Source: Calcarisporiella thermophila CBS 279.70 | Lineage: Eukaryota > Fungi > Calcarisporiellomycota | Reading direction: 5' to 3' | NCBI RefSeq assembly: GCF_041956535.1 | Contig: NW_027192195.1 | Span: 412,150-476,149, forward strand | DNA length: 64,000 nucleotides | Shown here: positions 40,618-55,132 of the stretch, piece by piece | Layout: each line of letters opens with the position of its first letter | How positions within the stretch are numbered: the stretch's first letter is position 1 | Translations under genes and position numbers: made by a program | The notes under the pieces: generated by a model | Told to the model about the DNA's origin: nothing | Database searches by the model: none | What the model saw: only the letters and a program-made list of their open reading frames with translations

Positions 40618-41975
40618 TCACCAAGGTCTCCATCGAGAGGGGGAGCCACTCCGGTTCTCCGCTTTTTGTGACGATTGCACCGGTTCACCACTCTCGCCTC
40701 CGGCAATGGAGGCGGAGGAAGAGGATGCCGAAGAAGAGGAAGAGGAGGATGCCGAGGAACCCGAAGGAGAGGGGGTTTCCGGCACGTCCATTCGCGCGCG
40801 ATCCAGCGCAGCCATGGCAAGAATATCCAGCGGCTGGTCATGCTCCTTGACCTGCATTTGAGGCTCAGACTGGGCCATGAGCTTGGGATTGCTCGAGTTG
40901 TGCCAGGAGGGAGGAGGCCAATTCCGGATTGGCATCGTCATCATGTAGGATTTCATCGGGGGCGTGGGACCCTGCGATGGGGCCTCTGAATACCGTTGGA
41001 ACGACATATTGGGCAGGGCGGAGGCGGGGGTGGGAAGGGACGCCGGCGGAGTCACGTTTCGCTCCACCTTGACCTCATGGGGGGAAGGATGGCCAGGCGG
41101 AAGCTCCTCCCGCTGCCCTTGCACTATGGTCACGTTGTGGAAGAAGGTACCCTGCTGCTGGTGCTGCTGGTGCTGGTGGTGGTGGGGCGCCTCCTTGTTC
41201 GCCTCGGCGGCCCCTCTTCCCTCGGGGGGCACGTGATTCCGCTGCGCAGCCTGCCGCGACTTCTCTTTCTGCCGCCGGTTCTGATACCATATCTGCACGG
41301 TGCGCGGGCTCATGTTCAGCGCCTCAGCGAGCATTCGGCGCATCTGGGTGGAGGGGAATGCGGTCAGCGCAAGCACTTTGCGCAGCACGCGGGTCTGGTA
41401 CGGCGTGGTGATCGTACGGGTGCGCTTGCGACGGGCCCGCGATAGCAGCTCCATGCTGAGCGGGTTGGACTCGTTCACGGGGAAGATGTTGACCTCGCCA
41501 ATATCCTCTGGAGGAAAGGGAGGCAGCCCACATCCAACCAAAAATATACAAAGAGACAAAATGGGGTTGCATTAGTACGACTCTCCCCAAAAATGGGCCA
41601 TCGGAGGAAAGAGAGGGGGGACCCAAGAATTCGAGCATTACCATCACTAAAGTCGTCGTCCACCGGCCTAGTGTGCCGTGCGTCCGTCGAGGGCACATTT
41701 CCGGCCGCCAGCTCGTCCCGGCGGGCCTCCTCGAGAATCTGCTCCAAGCACAGCAATTCTGCGTTGACCCCATTGGTCGGGTCGTTGGCCAGAATCCGAC
41801 GGCGACCCTTGGGGGGCCGATCACCGTCGGCCGTTTGCGAGCGCTTGCGGCCTCTAGCGCCGCGAAGCTGCGGGGAGGAGTCGGCATCCTCGGTCTCCGG
41901 GGGAGGGGCGGAGCCGGGTCGAGAGACGGAGTCGGAGGAGGAGGGCGAGTGGACAAGGGGGAGGGGATCTGTCAT
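40618..41975 (-). CDS. Homeodomain transcription factor ending in WRPW
   Basis: Exon 1 from ATG 41975 to about 41642, then a GT-AG intron; homeodomain RRKRTRTITTPYQTRVLRKVLALTAFPSTQMRRMLAEALNMSPRTVQIWYQNRRQKEK; the C-terminus is SRWRPW*. Confidence 0.9.
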
Positions 41976-44654
41976 TAGCTTCTGATGGATGTGAATGGGA
42001 GCAATGGGGAGGGGATGATGAGGATCAATCTTGGACAGGGGTGATGGGGGTGATAGGGGATGGTTACCTCGAACACTTGGGAAGATTGAGAAGGATGGGC
42101 CGTGATGATGGATGGGGGGCGGTTGAGTAGGAATATTTGTAAATACAAACTCTGATTACTAAATTCGTTGAGAGATGATAAACCAAATCAGCAGCTCTGG
42201 CTTATCGGCGGAGGGAGGGGAGGGGTGAGGGTGGAGGGTGGCAGAGGGGGATGGCAGGGAGGAAATACAACAGAGATGTTTAGAAATGGCGGCCACCACA
42301 ATAGCAATAACAAGAACAACAGAGCGAAGGAAATGAAACGAGATGCCCAGGGGAGTGAGACCGAAAAGCGCAAAAAGGGGAAAAAAAAAATATATCCGGG
42401 TGTGCTGAAATCAGAAAAATTAAGCAGTGACTTCATTTTTCCTTTCCTTTCTTTTTGGCGGTTATGTTTTTTTTTTCTCGGTCAGGACCAAACGGAATGC
42501 TTAGAGGAGCGGCCCCTCCACAAATGGGAGCAACGGAAATCGAGCGTCAATAAAAGAAAATTTCCTATATTTCGACTATTTTCATCTCATAAATAAAAGT
42601 ACACATAATTGCTCAAAGAAGAGGTATTAATAAGCATCATAAAAAAATAAGTTTTCATTTGCGCTGGAAAAAGGCTATTTTTCATTACTATTGGCCGCGA
42701 AAGTCTGTGCGTCATCATGCCGTCTCCCAATCACAGCACGCCTCCCGTTATTGATACACACACACCCCCTCCTCGCCTCACGGATGTAAATAGAGTCAGG
42801 GATAGAAGCGCACCTTGCGTTTCTCCACCACAGCCACTCCACCGGCGGCGCGGTGGTGCCGCTCGTGGATGACGGAGGCTCGACGGGCAAACGTCACCCG
42901 CTTTTCGTGCTTGCGCTTGGAGTGGGCGAGGCAGGTGCGCCTAGGGAGAGGGGGAGGATGCACGGGGGCCGAGGGAGCAGGGCCGAGCGAGAGCGAGGGG
43001 ACCGCGGAGAGCAGCGGGTACAGGCGGGTGAGGGCGGTTTTGGGGGGCGGCGGGTAGAGGAGGGCGGAGGCGGTGGAGGTTTGGACCGCTATGGAGGGGA
43101 CGGTTGTGTTTGGAACTCTGTATAGAAACATGGGCGATATCGGGATCAGCGAGGGGGGATAGAGCCAGGGTTATTTACACAAGAGGGGGGGGGGATTAGA
43201 TTAATGTCGGTACATTATGAAGCTAGAAACAAAAAACTAAGAGACAAATGGACATCAGAATCGGCGCAAGCCAAATGGAATGAGCAGAGGAGACAAGTGT
43301 GCTAGGAAACCGGGCGAGCGAGGGGGAGAAGACGAGGAGAGAGAGCGAGAGCGAGAAAGAAGCACAAGACGGCAAAACGTGACTTTGGTGAGAGCGAGGC
43401 GCCCTTCTCAGTTCGTGCGGGCGCGAGTCCATAAAAAGGGCTCCAAGCCATTCATGCGCGTGATCTTCAGCATCGCCCAAAACAAGGTTGACATTCAAAT
43501 GGTGGAACGTCATAACCTATCGTCATGAGCCTCGACGTGGTACTCACCCGCGCGGCCAAAATAGCGGCGAATCGAGGGCCAAGGAGCCGACTTCAGTGTC
43601 AAACGACGGCCAAAGCAAGGGATGGCCCGCTGGCCCTTTGGTGCTCAGCTCCATTGACACCGCGCCTGCCCGCCTGGAGAAATGAAAGGATTCCAGAGAG
43701 CGGAGCAGAGCCAGCCCTTGTAGAACGAGGAGCTGGCCAGCTTCGTTGTCAGCCCGTGGTTGGATTCCACAGAGTGCGGAGATTGGCCAAACACGGCAGG
43801 CGATATCACTCGGCTATCTAAGCCGAGCCTTCCGACTCTTTCCTGTGGACCAATGGGCGAGGCCGAGCCAGGGGAAGGGAACCCGGGGATGCATAGACTG
43901 CGGCTCGGTGCGGAGGGGCAAGGCGGATGGTTTCTCCAGCGAGCACAGGCGAGGTCACTTGCACACACAGAGTTGGGCGGTAGCACTGGGCTGTGGAGGC
44001 GAGCATTGAGCAAGGCGCAAGGCAAAAGATTAAAGGTTAAAGTAAGCCTCCCATACCACGGGCGAGGGAGAGAGAGGGCCGGGGGGAAGCGGTGGCCTAT
44101 CAGCGTGAGCCGGGACTTGGGGGCCTAGAACACGAAGGGAAATCCAGAGACTCTAGACTCCTCTGCTCCTCCCCCCCCCCCCCCGTCTAGGCTCCTCCCT
44201 CATTGGCGAGGCCCTCGTGGGCTCCGACCGGGGGAGAAGTTGGGGGATGGGCAATGTGATCGTGGAGGGAGCAGGATGGAATATACAAGCATAACGAAGA
44301 GATTGGGTCTGTGTGGGGAAACGGGGAGTGAATGAAGACAGGGCGGCGAGGATGATCAGTGTGCGGGTGCTGGGAGAAGCCGGGGCCGAGAGCGAGCGGT
44401 GATAGGAGAGGGCAGGCGTGCAGAGGGTTTTTGGAAGGCGGCCAAGCAAAGAGTAATACAACTCATCCCAGCAAAGTACAGCCCAATAGCATTGCTAACA
44501 AACAAAAACAGTGTCCGAGCGGTTGACACTGTGGCCCGGGGAGGGGAAGGCAGACAGCGCACCGCGAGGTCAGCCGCGCGCAGGGCGCGGCCGTAGGGCA
44601 AGGAAACAGGAAGAGGCGGCGTTCGCGGCGGCGGGGGGAGGAGATGCGAGCGAG

Positions 44655-44886
44655 ATTGGCCGTTACGTAACGACATATCCACTGACTCATTTGGGAAGTC
44701 GTAAATAAAAATCCGTTGCGGTGGTATCTCCTAAATCTCTCATACACGATCATGCCAGAACCTTAATCTAGGGGGAAATAAGTTTAGGGCCGGCCTGGCC
44801 TCACAGAGGAGCTTTCGCGCGCGCGGATTGGTGGGGTGCCACTCACACGACCAAGCGCTGTGCTGTGATTGGGCCGAATTGACTCA
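44655..44886. promoter_or_regulatory. bZIP/CCAAT site module in the divergent homeobox/C2H2 intergenic region
   Basis: 12-bp palindrome CGTTACGTAACG 44661-44672; TGACTCA at 44683 and 44880; ATTGG at 44655, 44827 and 44868. Confidence 0.45.
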
Positions 44887-46146
44887 AGCGCATTTTAGCC
44901 TCCCACCTCCGATCTTCTGTGAAAAATTAGCCCCATTTTACTGACCACCTGGAGCCAACCCTATTGAGCGGCCCTGGGGAGGGGAGGGGAGCTGGGCGGG
45001 CCCGCGCCCGAAGAAGCTTGCGGCCCGCGCTTTTTTTTTTCGCTTGAATTGCAAGCAGTGCTGCTGTCAGTTTTATTTTGGTTGCAAGGGTTTAGTTGCC
45101 CTGCTTGTTATAAAAAGCGGAAGCTGGTCAAATGCCCTGTTGTAGTGCAAGAAAAAACCAGAGCACAAGAGAGACAAGAAAGCGGTGACGGCATGTCATC
45201 ACTTGCGCCGCTTTGTAAGAGAGATGGATGAGGGTAACGGGAACACAAAGTTATTTTAGTGGTTCCTCTCTGTTTTCCTTTATGCACCCATCCAACTATA
45301 GAGAAAGTATAACATTCGCCCCTGCCCGCTAGCGGCCCTCCTCCCCCTCCCTCCGCCCCCTCCGCCCAGCCCACCCGGAGCCCGCGCGGCCGTACCCCTC
45401 CCTCCTCGCCCGCGCGCTCCCGCGGCCAGCGCCCTCGCCTCGCAGTCGGCTGCTCCCTGCTCGACCGTTTTGGACGCCTGCAACGTCATTGTGCCCGCGC
45501 GAGATTGTTCCAAGAATATCTCAGACAGAAAATACAAAATAAACTCCACACGAGTCTAATCGGAGTTCACTTTCAGGAAGAAGGTTTTGAGCACAAGATC
45601 ACATATTAATCCTCTGTTTTATCACTGTTGTTTGTGTTCCTTGCCCGCCTTCCAAAAAAACGGTCGAACTCGGCTCTCGGCTCTGGCAGTCGGTGGGACC
45701 GGCACCAAGAGAAACCGGGGGGCTCCTCAAGGAAGCTGGAGAGGGGAGGGCAAGGGAGAGTGAATTGAAACCACAAGGAACCCACACACAAAAAAAAAAG
45801 TTCGGAAAAGAATTTTATATGCTCCCGAGCGGAATATATAAAACGAGTAATTTTCCCACCACAACCACGACGCTCTTTTTCTTACGCTGTTTTCTCTGAT
45901 TCTCTTTTATTTGTTTGTCCGTGCCGTCTGATTGTTTTCCTTTTTCCTTTTCCTTTTCTGCTCTCGACCCCCCGGTGTATATATATAGTATATATACTTC
46001 GTCGCACTCAGACTCCCCTTCCCATTCCCGGTTGACGTGAGCACTGCCTCCCCTCCACGCGGACCCACACACCACCCCCCCCCCCACCCAGGAACAGCTG
46101 CCGCCGCCGCCGCCATTGCCGCCATTACCATCGCGATTCATCCGCC

Positions 46147-47100
46147 ATGACGCTCCATTATCCCCTGACAAAGGATGAGCCGAATTCCTATTCCGACCTG
46201 CTCTTCCCCTACCAGGTCCCCGTCAATCCCCTCGCGCACCACTACTACTACCAGCAGCAGCAGAGCTACCACGACTCCCCAATAAGCCTCTATTCACATC
46301 CCGAGCCCGCTCATCCCCACACAAATAGCAGCCTCCCCGGGCCCGACTTCTCAGATCACTGCTGGTCCTATAGCTCGCCCGAACTCGCCTACTTCGAGAG
46401 CATCGACGCTGAATGGTCCCATACAAGCGGTGCCCATCATACCCACCCCGCCAGCCAGCACCAGCATGTCGCCCATGCCCCCGCTGCCGTCGCCGCGGTG
46501 GCCAATGCATCCGCATCGCCGATGATGCGCGTCGATGTCGAGGCCCTGACCCAGCACATCGACCCCGGCTCCTTCTTCACCCCCGCGCCCACCCCCACCT
46601 CGACCCTCAGCACCACCCCGATACCCACCCCCACCCTTACCCCCTCCTCTGCATTGCTCACCCCGCTGCTCTCCCCGCCCGACCTCCTCTCGCAAGACCT
46701 CCTCCCCTCCGAATCCAGGCCCGCAGCCGCCACCCCTGCATCCAAGCCTTCCTCCACCGTCACCCCAGCATCCGCATCATCCCCCGACTCCGCCGCCTCC
46801 GCCAACCCCGTCTCCAAGCGCCGGAGACGGCTCATCGGCCACTTCCCATGCCCGCATCCTGGCTGCGAGAAGGTGTTCCATAGACCTTACAACCTCAAAT
46901 CCCATATGCGCACGCACACCTCCGAGCGCCCCTACGTGTGTGGTATCGACGGGTGCACAAAGTCCTTCGCCCGGAGACACGACCGAAATCGTCACTGCAA
47001 GCAGGTGCATTTCCGGAAATGCAACGTCTGCGGGGTGAAGATGCCTCGTCTTGAGGCCCTCAATAGACACCTTGCCGAGTGTGGCGGTGCAAAAAAGTAA
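46147..47100 (+). CDS. C2H2 zinc-finger transcription factor with a Crz1-like DNA-binding domain, intronless
   Basis: [54 protein letters not shown] plus a C2HC third finger CNVC...[11 protein letters not shown]; Pro/Ser/Thr-rich N-terminus. Confidence 0.88.
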   Translation: MTLHYPLTKDEPNSYSDLLFPYQVPVNPLAHHYYYQQQQSYHDSPISLYSHPEPAHPHTNSSLPGPDFSDHCWSYSSPELAYFESIDAEWSHTSGAHHTHPASQHQHVAHAPAAVAAVANASASPMMRVDVEALTQHIDPGSFFTPAPTPTSTLSTTPIPTPTLTPSSALLTPLLSPPDLLSQDLLPSESRPAAATPASKPSSTVTPASASSPDSAASANPVSKRRRRLIGHFPCPHPGCEKVFHRPYNLKSHMRTHTSERPYVCGIDGCTKSFARRHDRNRHCKQVHFRKCNVCGVKMPRLEALNRHLAECGGAKK

Positions 47101-47903
47101 ACCCTTTTGTGTGCTTTATTCGTCCTCTCACCATTCCCTCCCCCCCCATCCCCTATTTAATTGTAGATTTGTTTCCTCTTCCTCCTCTTCCTCTTCTTCT
47201 TTTCTCTCCTATTTCTCTATTTTTCGATACTTGGCTGTACATTAGTTTCTCTTTCTCTTACTTTTATATAATCATGAACATTCTTCTTTTTTTTTCCTTT
47301 TTATTGGGCTTTTGAGGAGTGCAGGGAGATAGGCGCCTTTGTATTATTTTTTTTTTCTTCTTTGTTTCGCTCAGAAATGGAAGGGAAAAAAAAAATCAAA
47401 ACAAAAACAAAAATACACCATTATTTATCTTCATATCTATCTATCCTCTATCCCCCTATTTCTGTCTCTGTTTCTATATCCCTATATTTATAAATCTACT
47501 TTTTTTAATTGTGTCAGGTCTGGGTTGGAAAACACCCATCCAAACGAGGTTGTAACGTAGAGTTTATTATGGTTAAAGAGTTACCGACAATTGAACTGAA
47601 ATGGTATGCATATTGGAATTTCCATATTCGCCTGAAGATCTCCTGCCTATTCGTTTTCGAAACCCTTTTTTTTTTAAAGTTCTGCACGCGAGATCGTGAC
47701 TGCGGTGGCAAGGCTACGTCACCAGTTGGGGGGGCGGTGATGAGAAGGGCGTAACCCACGTACTGAATTTTTTATTTTTCGCTATTTCCGCCGGCTGCTT
47801 CCCACTGGCCTTGTATCTCTCATCATTTTCCCTAATTGTCCTAGTATTCCTGTTCTGGGCCGCGCATTCCGCATCCTCGCATTCATCACCACTCACGAAC
47901 ACC

Positions 47904-50325
47904 ATGGGCGAGCTGTCTATCCACCATTTCCAGAGGGTCGATCCTGCGCTCTCGCTCTCCTATCGCCCCTCTGAACGGGAGGACGATGCCTCGGCCACCC
48001 AGGCCTTGAACGGAACCATCTCGCCCTCACAGCCATTCCAAAACACCGACCTCGTTCTGACCTATGAGGTCACCAGCCTCAACCCCTCCACGCTCCTCCT
48101 CTCCCTCCAGGCGCAGGTCACCACCCGTCCGCTCCGCATCAATGCCCTCCAGGCCGACTTCCCCGCCTCCCTCGAGGGCCGGCGCATGCTCGTCAACGGG
48201 TTCCAGTCCTGGAGCCAGACTCGCGAGTTGGGCGCGGAGGACAAGCTGAAGGACATTGCAAAGCCCGCCATGTGGCTGGGGAAAATGGAGCTCCAGGGCG
48301 ACTACGGCATCTTCGACTATTCCAACAAGGCAGGCGAGCTGCACTCGAACGAATTCACCCTCTTTCGCCTGGAGAACAGCGCGCACCACGACAGCGATCC
48401 CGTCGTCTTCCTCGGCTCCGTCTCCCATTCCGCGGGATACACCTACTTCAAGGCATTTTTCAAGCACCACCGCCTTAGCATCGTCAAGGACATCGACATC
48501 GTGCTGAAGCCCGGGGAGAAGCGCGAGTTGCTGCGTGTGCTCGTGGCGGAGGGGTCCGATGTGGCGGTGTTCCAGGAGTATGCAAAGCATTTCGAGGACA
48601 AGCGGGTGTCGAGCGAGCATGTGACCGGGTGGACCAGCTGGTACAATTGGTACGAGGACGTGACGGAGCAGGTGGTGCTCTCCAACTTGGAGGCCATGAA
48701 GAAGCACGGCTATCCCATCGATATTTTCCAGATCGATGACGGGTTTGAGAACGCGGTTGGCGATGTAAGTACCGAGTGCTTTTGTGTTACCACCATGAAA
48801 GAACGGGTCCCCCGCCCCCTCTCCTTTTTGAATAAAAAAAAACAATACACGAGGGAGGCCGGGGGAGCGAGAAGTAACACGCCCATTCCCCCAGTGGCAA
48901 GTCAGTATGGAGTACTAATGGAGTATTGTTCTTGTTTGTTTCAAGTGGCTTGAATTGAACCCGAAAAAGTTCCCCAACGGGTTCACGCCCATCGTCTCGA
49001 AGATCAAGGCCGCCAACTTTAAACCAGGCCTGTGGCTCGCCCCGTTCGCGGCCGCTAAGCACTCCAACTTGGTTAAACAGCACCCAGACTGGGTGCTCAC
49101 CGACTCCCAGGGGGACATGGTCCTGGCCGGGTCGAACTGGGGAGGCTTTTACGCGCTCGACTTCTACAACGACAACGTGCGCGACTACCTGCGGCGGGTG
49201 TTCGACACCGTGCTCAACGAGTGGGGCTTCGACATGGTCAAGCTCGACTTCTTGTTTGCGGCGGCCATGATCCCCGCCCACGGCAAATCCCGCGGCGAGA
49301 TCATGTACGAGTCGATGCAGTTCCTGCGCGAGCTGGTTGGCAAGGACCGGCTGCTGCTCGGGTGCGGGGTCCCTCTGGCGAGCGGCTTCGGGCTGATGGA
49401 CTACTGCCGGATCGGGAGCGACGTCGCCACCTTCTGGGACTCGACGGTGCATCGCGGCATGAACGTGCGGGAGCGGGTTTCGACCCTCAACTCGCTCTAC
49501 TCGACCCTGCACCGCTGGCAGCTCAACCACCTCTTCGGAAACGATCCGGACGTGGTCATGCTGCGGACGACGAACTGCTCGCTCTCGCCCGAGGAGAAGC
49601 ACACGCTCCTGGTGTGCAACAACGTGCTCGGCTCCCTCGTCTTCATCTCCGACAACGTGGACGAGTACACGGCCGCGCAGCACCGCGCCTACAGCGCCAC
49701 GTTCCCCAAGGTGCGGCCGTCCATCGAGCGGGTCGTGCCCGTGCGGCGGGACGAGGACGTGTACGCCCTCCACTATACCGTGGCGGGGCGGCACTACACC
49801 ACCTACGTGAACCTCGGCAAGCACTCCCCTCAGATCCCCCTGCCGTTCTCGCCCAAGAACGGCCCCGCAGTGCTTGGCTACTTCCGGGCGCGCGCCTTCG
49901 ATGACGAAAGCGAGGAGAGCGAGGCTGCGCGAATTGGGTTGGGCGGATGCCTGGATGTCCTCCGCAAGCGCCTGCACGTCCCCGGGGAGAACATCCGGCT
50001 CCGTCCGCATCAGACCCGCACCTTCATGCGCATCGACCAACCCCTCTCCAGCCCCGTCGTCGGCTCGCTGACCCACATCGTACCCGGCACCGAGCTCGCG
50101 GCGGTCGAGAACGTCACCACGGACCCGTCCGCGGCTTTGCAGCTGGCCGTGAAGTGGGAGAAGTTGCGGCATGGCCATGGGCATGTGTTCCTAAGGGTGG
50201 CGGGGGAAAAGCCCTCGTCCCCCACCGCGCAGGGGCCCAAGGTGGTGGTGAACGGGAAGGAGAGCGTGGCGAGGTGGATCGCGATCGAGGGCCAGGGGAT
50301 GTGGTGTGTGGAGGTGGTGGATTGA
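47904..50325 (+). CDS. Alpha-galactosidase, glycoside hydrolase family 36 (bacterial-like subgroup)
   Basis: NGFQSWS, TGWTSWYNWY, FQIDDGF...GD|W, PGLWLAPF, KLDFL (nucleophile), LLGCGVPL, RIGSD (acid/base) and NDPDV; single intron 48765-48945. Confidence 0.92.
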
Positions 50326-51537
50326 GCACGAGGCGGCTTCCCCCGCCCCTCCCTCCACTCCCAAAACCAACAAAATGTCTCCGATATCTTCTCCATCTAT
50401 CCATCCATTATTCATATATGTAATCAGAATTATCTATACAATATGTACATACTGAATATAGTTCCGGTGGCATGTTTACGGATGAAAGCACCATGTTGCC
50501 TATTTCTTCCGGCATAAAATTGGTTTGGTTTCGGACGGTTGGGAGGAAGGAGGTGATACAGCTTGATTAGCCCACCTTGCTCCCTGTTCTTCTTGGGGGA
50601 CGGTGGTGTATAAGAAATAAATGAAATGAGAAGCCACGAAAACCTCCTCCATTCCGACCATCGGGTGGCAGAGCACACGTGCAGGCCCTCGCGCGAGTTA
50701 TACGAAAAAGGTCTTTCCGCAGAATACTTTGGTCCTATTTGGCCGCCCCCCTGTTTCGCTCTGGGATTCCGATTTTGAGTTTTCGAGGCTTTCCTTTTTA
50801 TATACTTATTCCTGCCATCAAGGTTCACCACCGGGCAAATCCAGCCGGGACATTTGAACCAAACCGGAAGAAATAGATGGATAATGTGGGGTAGAGAATG
50901 AGCACTTATCCTCAGGGACTGGAACGAGTGCGCCAAAATGAAAACAAAAAAGAGAGAATCATCAAATAAACGTGGTCGCGGAACCGGCTAATTTATCAGT
51001 GACCGGACGTGCTCTTCAGGATCGCGTGGCAACTTGATCATGTTTGATGCTCTGGCCTAGGGCTAATACCTCCCCGTCGCCTTCCCCTTCGTTCTAGCAC
51101 CCTGTCATCCCTCGACGTTTTTCGCATTTCTTCACGTGGAGGATCGCAGTCATTGGAGCCAGCTAAGATTCACATTTCCAAGGCGGTGGTGGTTTCCAAA
51201 AATCACCCTCTTTTCATCAATTACTCTTCATTTTTATCCCGTAATAGGGTCAATCTGGGGACTCTTGTGTGCAACCGCGGGAAAGAAGCACGGGAACTAA
51301 GTTCGCTTCCAAGCTCTATAAAAAAATTCTCTCCCCACACGATGTTTTTTTAAGATTTCTATTTCTCCCGCCTCGGTTTCTCCTCTACCTCTCCCCCTTT
51401 TTTCCCAGACTACCGCTCTTTCCCTCCCTTGTTTGAAAGTTCAAAGCGGACTGTTTTGCTGACAGCTTTCTTCCTTGATTCAATCTCGTAGCAGGAAACT
51501 AAAGAGAAGAGAGCAGAGAAAAAAAAAATTCCAGGAA

Positions 51538-53130
<1,593 letters not shown>

Positions 53131-53733
53131 CGTTCTCTCTCTCTTTCTTGTTCTTTTCTCTATTTTTTTTTTTGGTTCTCTCCTCTTAATTTGTACGGAT
53201 ATGCCATGAGTCTGGATGTATCTTTTACATGCTCTGCTAATCTCTATACCTATTCCTCTTAATTTCATCTGTTTTTTTATTGCTATATCTCTCTCTATAA
53301 ATATAACTAATATGATAAAGATATGCTCAACCTCAGCTCGAACAGTAAGACACACTTCGCCCTAACCCAAATATGAAATGGATAGAGCATCAAGCTGGCT
53401 TAGCACGTTGACCGTTTTTTTTTCTCTTGAGAATCTCAAGCGCGCGTCTTCATCGCCAAACTCCGGATTCCGGATTAAAGACACGGTCATTTTTCATCGA
53501 GGGAGCCTCTCCCCCCTTCAATGCCTTGGGCCAATCCTTCCGTTCCCGTGCATTTCACAGTGCGCTGCAGCTTGCATTTTTGCTGTTCCTTTTAAAGAAG
53601 GAAAAAAATTTTGCTTCTCGAAACATATTCAAACCCAGGCTCAACCTTGTGTTGCTCGATTTTTCTAGGCGCGTTATTAGGAGATCTTGCCTGCCATTCG
53701 TTTCTCTTCATCATTCGCAAAGACTCCAACAAG

Positions 53734-55132
53734 ATGGCGAGCACAGGGAGTGAAGGCGGGCCAAAGACAAAGAAGCCTGCTAGTATGGTTTCCATCTCCG
53801 CATGTCCACCGGCTTTGCTCTGACTAATTTGCTTCCCCCTCTCCTAGACACTGCATTCAAGCAGCAGCGATTAAGAGCGTGGCAGCCGCTTCTGACACCC
53901 AAGGCGGTGCTGCCAACCCTGTTCATCGTGGGCATCATTTTTGCGCCCATCGGAGGCCTCCTGCTCTATGGCAGTAGCACGGTAAGTGGACCGTGGTTGC
54001 TGAAGATGATGTTCGGAAGACTTCACGATCCTCAATCCACAAAATAGGTAGCAGCCCTCACCATCGATTACACCAACTGCATGGATTCCATTGGGAATTT
54101 CCAGCCAATATCGTCGTATTCCTTCCGCCGCTCATTTTTCGCATCCGATTTGCCCGAGCCCCCCCAATACATGGGCACCCCCGACCAGCCACCCCTTTCC
54201 CCCAAATTCCCGCCCAACCTGAAAGTCTCGCGCTGCACCATCGATTTCGTCCTTCCCGCCGACATCAAGGCTCCCGTCTTTCTCTACTACCGCCTTTCCA
54301 ATTTCTACCAGAATCACCGGCGCTACGTCAAGAGCATCGATCTCAACCAGCTGAAGGGCGACCCCGTGCCCGTGACGACCCTCGAGAAGACATGCGTGCA
54401 GGTTGCAAAGTCCCCAGACAACAAGCCATACTATCCCTGTGGGCTGATTGCGAACTCCATGTTCAACGACACCATTGGCGATTTCACGCTGGCTCCTCAG
54501 ACGAGCATCCAATCCAACACAACCTACCGGTTCAGCAGCAAAAATATCGCCTGGCCCTCCGATATCAGGCGCTATGGAAACACAGGATACTCTCCGGATG
54601 CGTGTGTTCCGCCCCCGAACTGGTCCTTGCGCTACCCCGGAGGTGTCTATTCAAGCGCATTCCCCCCGCCCAACATCACGGAGGACGAGCACTTTATCGT
54701 CTGGATCCGCACAGCCCCGTTCCCCACGTTTCGCAAGCTCTATGGCCGCAATGATGCGGAGGATATGGTGGCGGGAAGGTACCGGGTGCAAATTGATATG
54801 AGTAAGTGTGACCTGGCTTGGCTTTCCCCACACATGTTCATTTGACCCCCTCTTTCTCCCTGCTAGACTATGATGTGAGAAAATACGGGGCTACCAAGTC
54901 TATTGTCATTGCCAGTGTCAACGTTCTCGGCGGGCGTAATATATTCATCGGATTCGCCTATCTCGCGGTGGGAATCATCTGCGTTGTTCTGGGCCTTCTC
55001 CTAACCGTGCGCCACTGTATCAAGCCTAGAAAACTCGGCGATCACGCCCAGCTCGCCTGGAAGGGCACCCCGACAGTACCGGTCCAGCTGGTGGCGCCTG
55101 AGGAGCGCTCTAAATCCTGGTTTAAGCGCTAG
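53734..55132 (+). CDS. CDC50: Cdc50/Lem3 P4-ATPase flippase beta-subunit
   Basis: [77 protein letters not shown] and KPRKLGD. Confidence 0.96.

Noticed and set aside
42168-45899. Numerous short ORFs in the long intergenic region
   Set aside because: Low-complexity, GC-rich translations without domain motifs or coherent splice structure.
48787-50184. 465-aa minus-strand ORF (also 48027-48845)
   Set aside because: Antisense shadow of the GC3-rich GH36 gene; no recognisable motifs.
51031-51040. AACTTGATCA resembling part of a fungal TPP riboswitch
   Set aside because: No CTGAGA or TAATACCAGCG elements in register, and the neighbouring genes are unrelated to thiamine.
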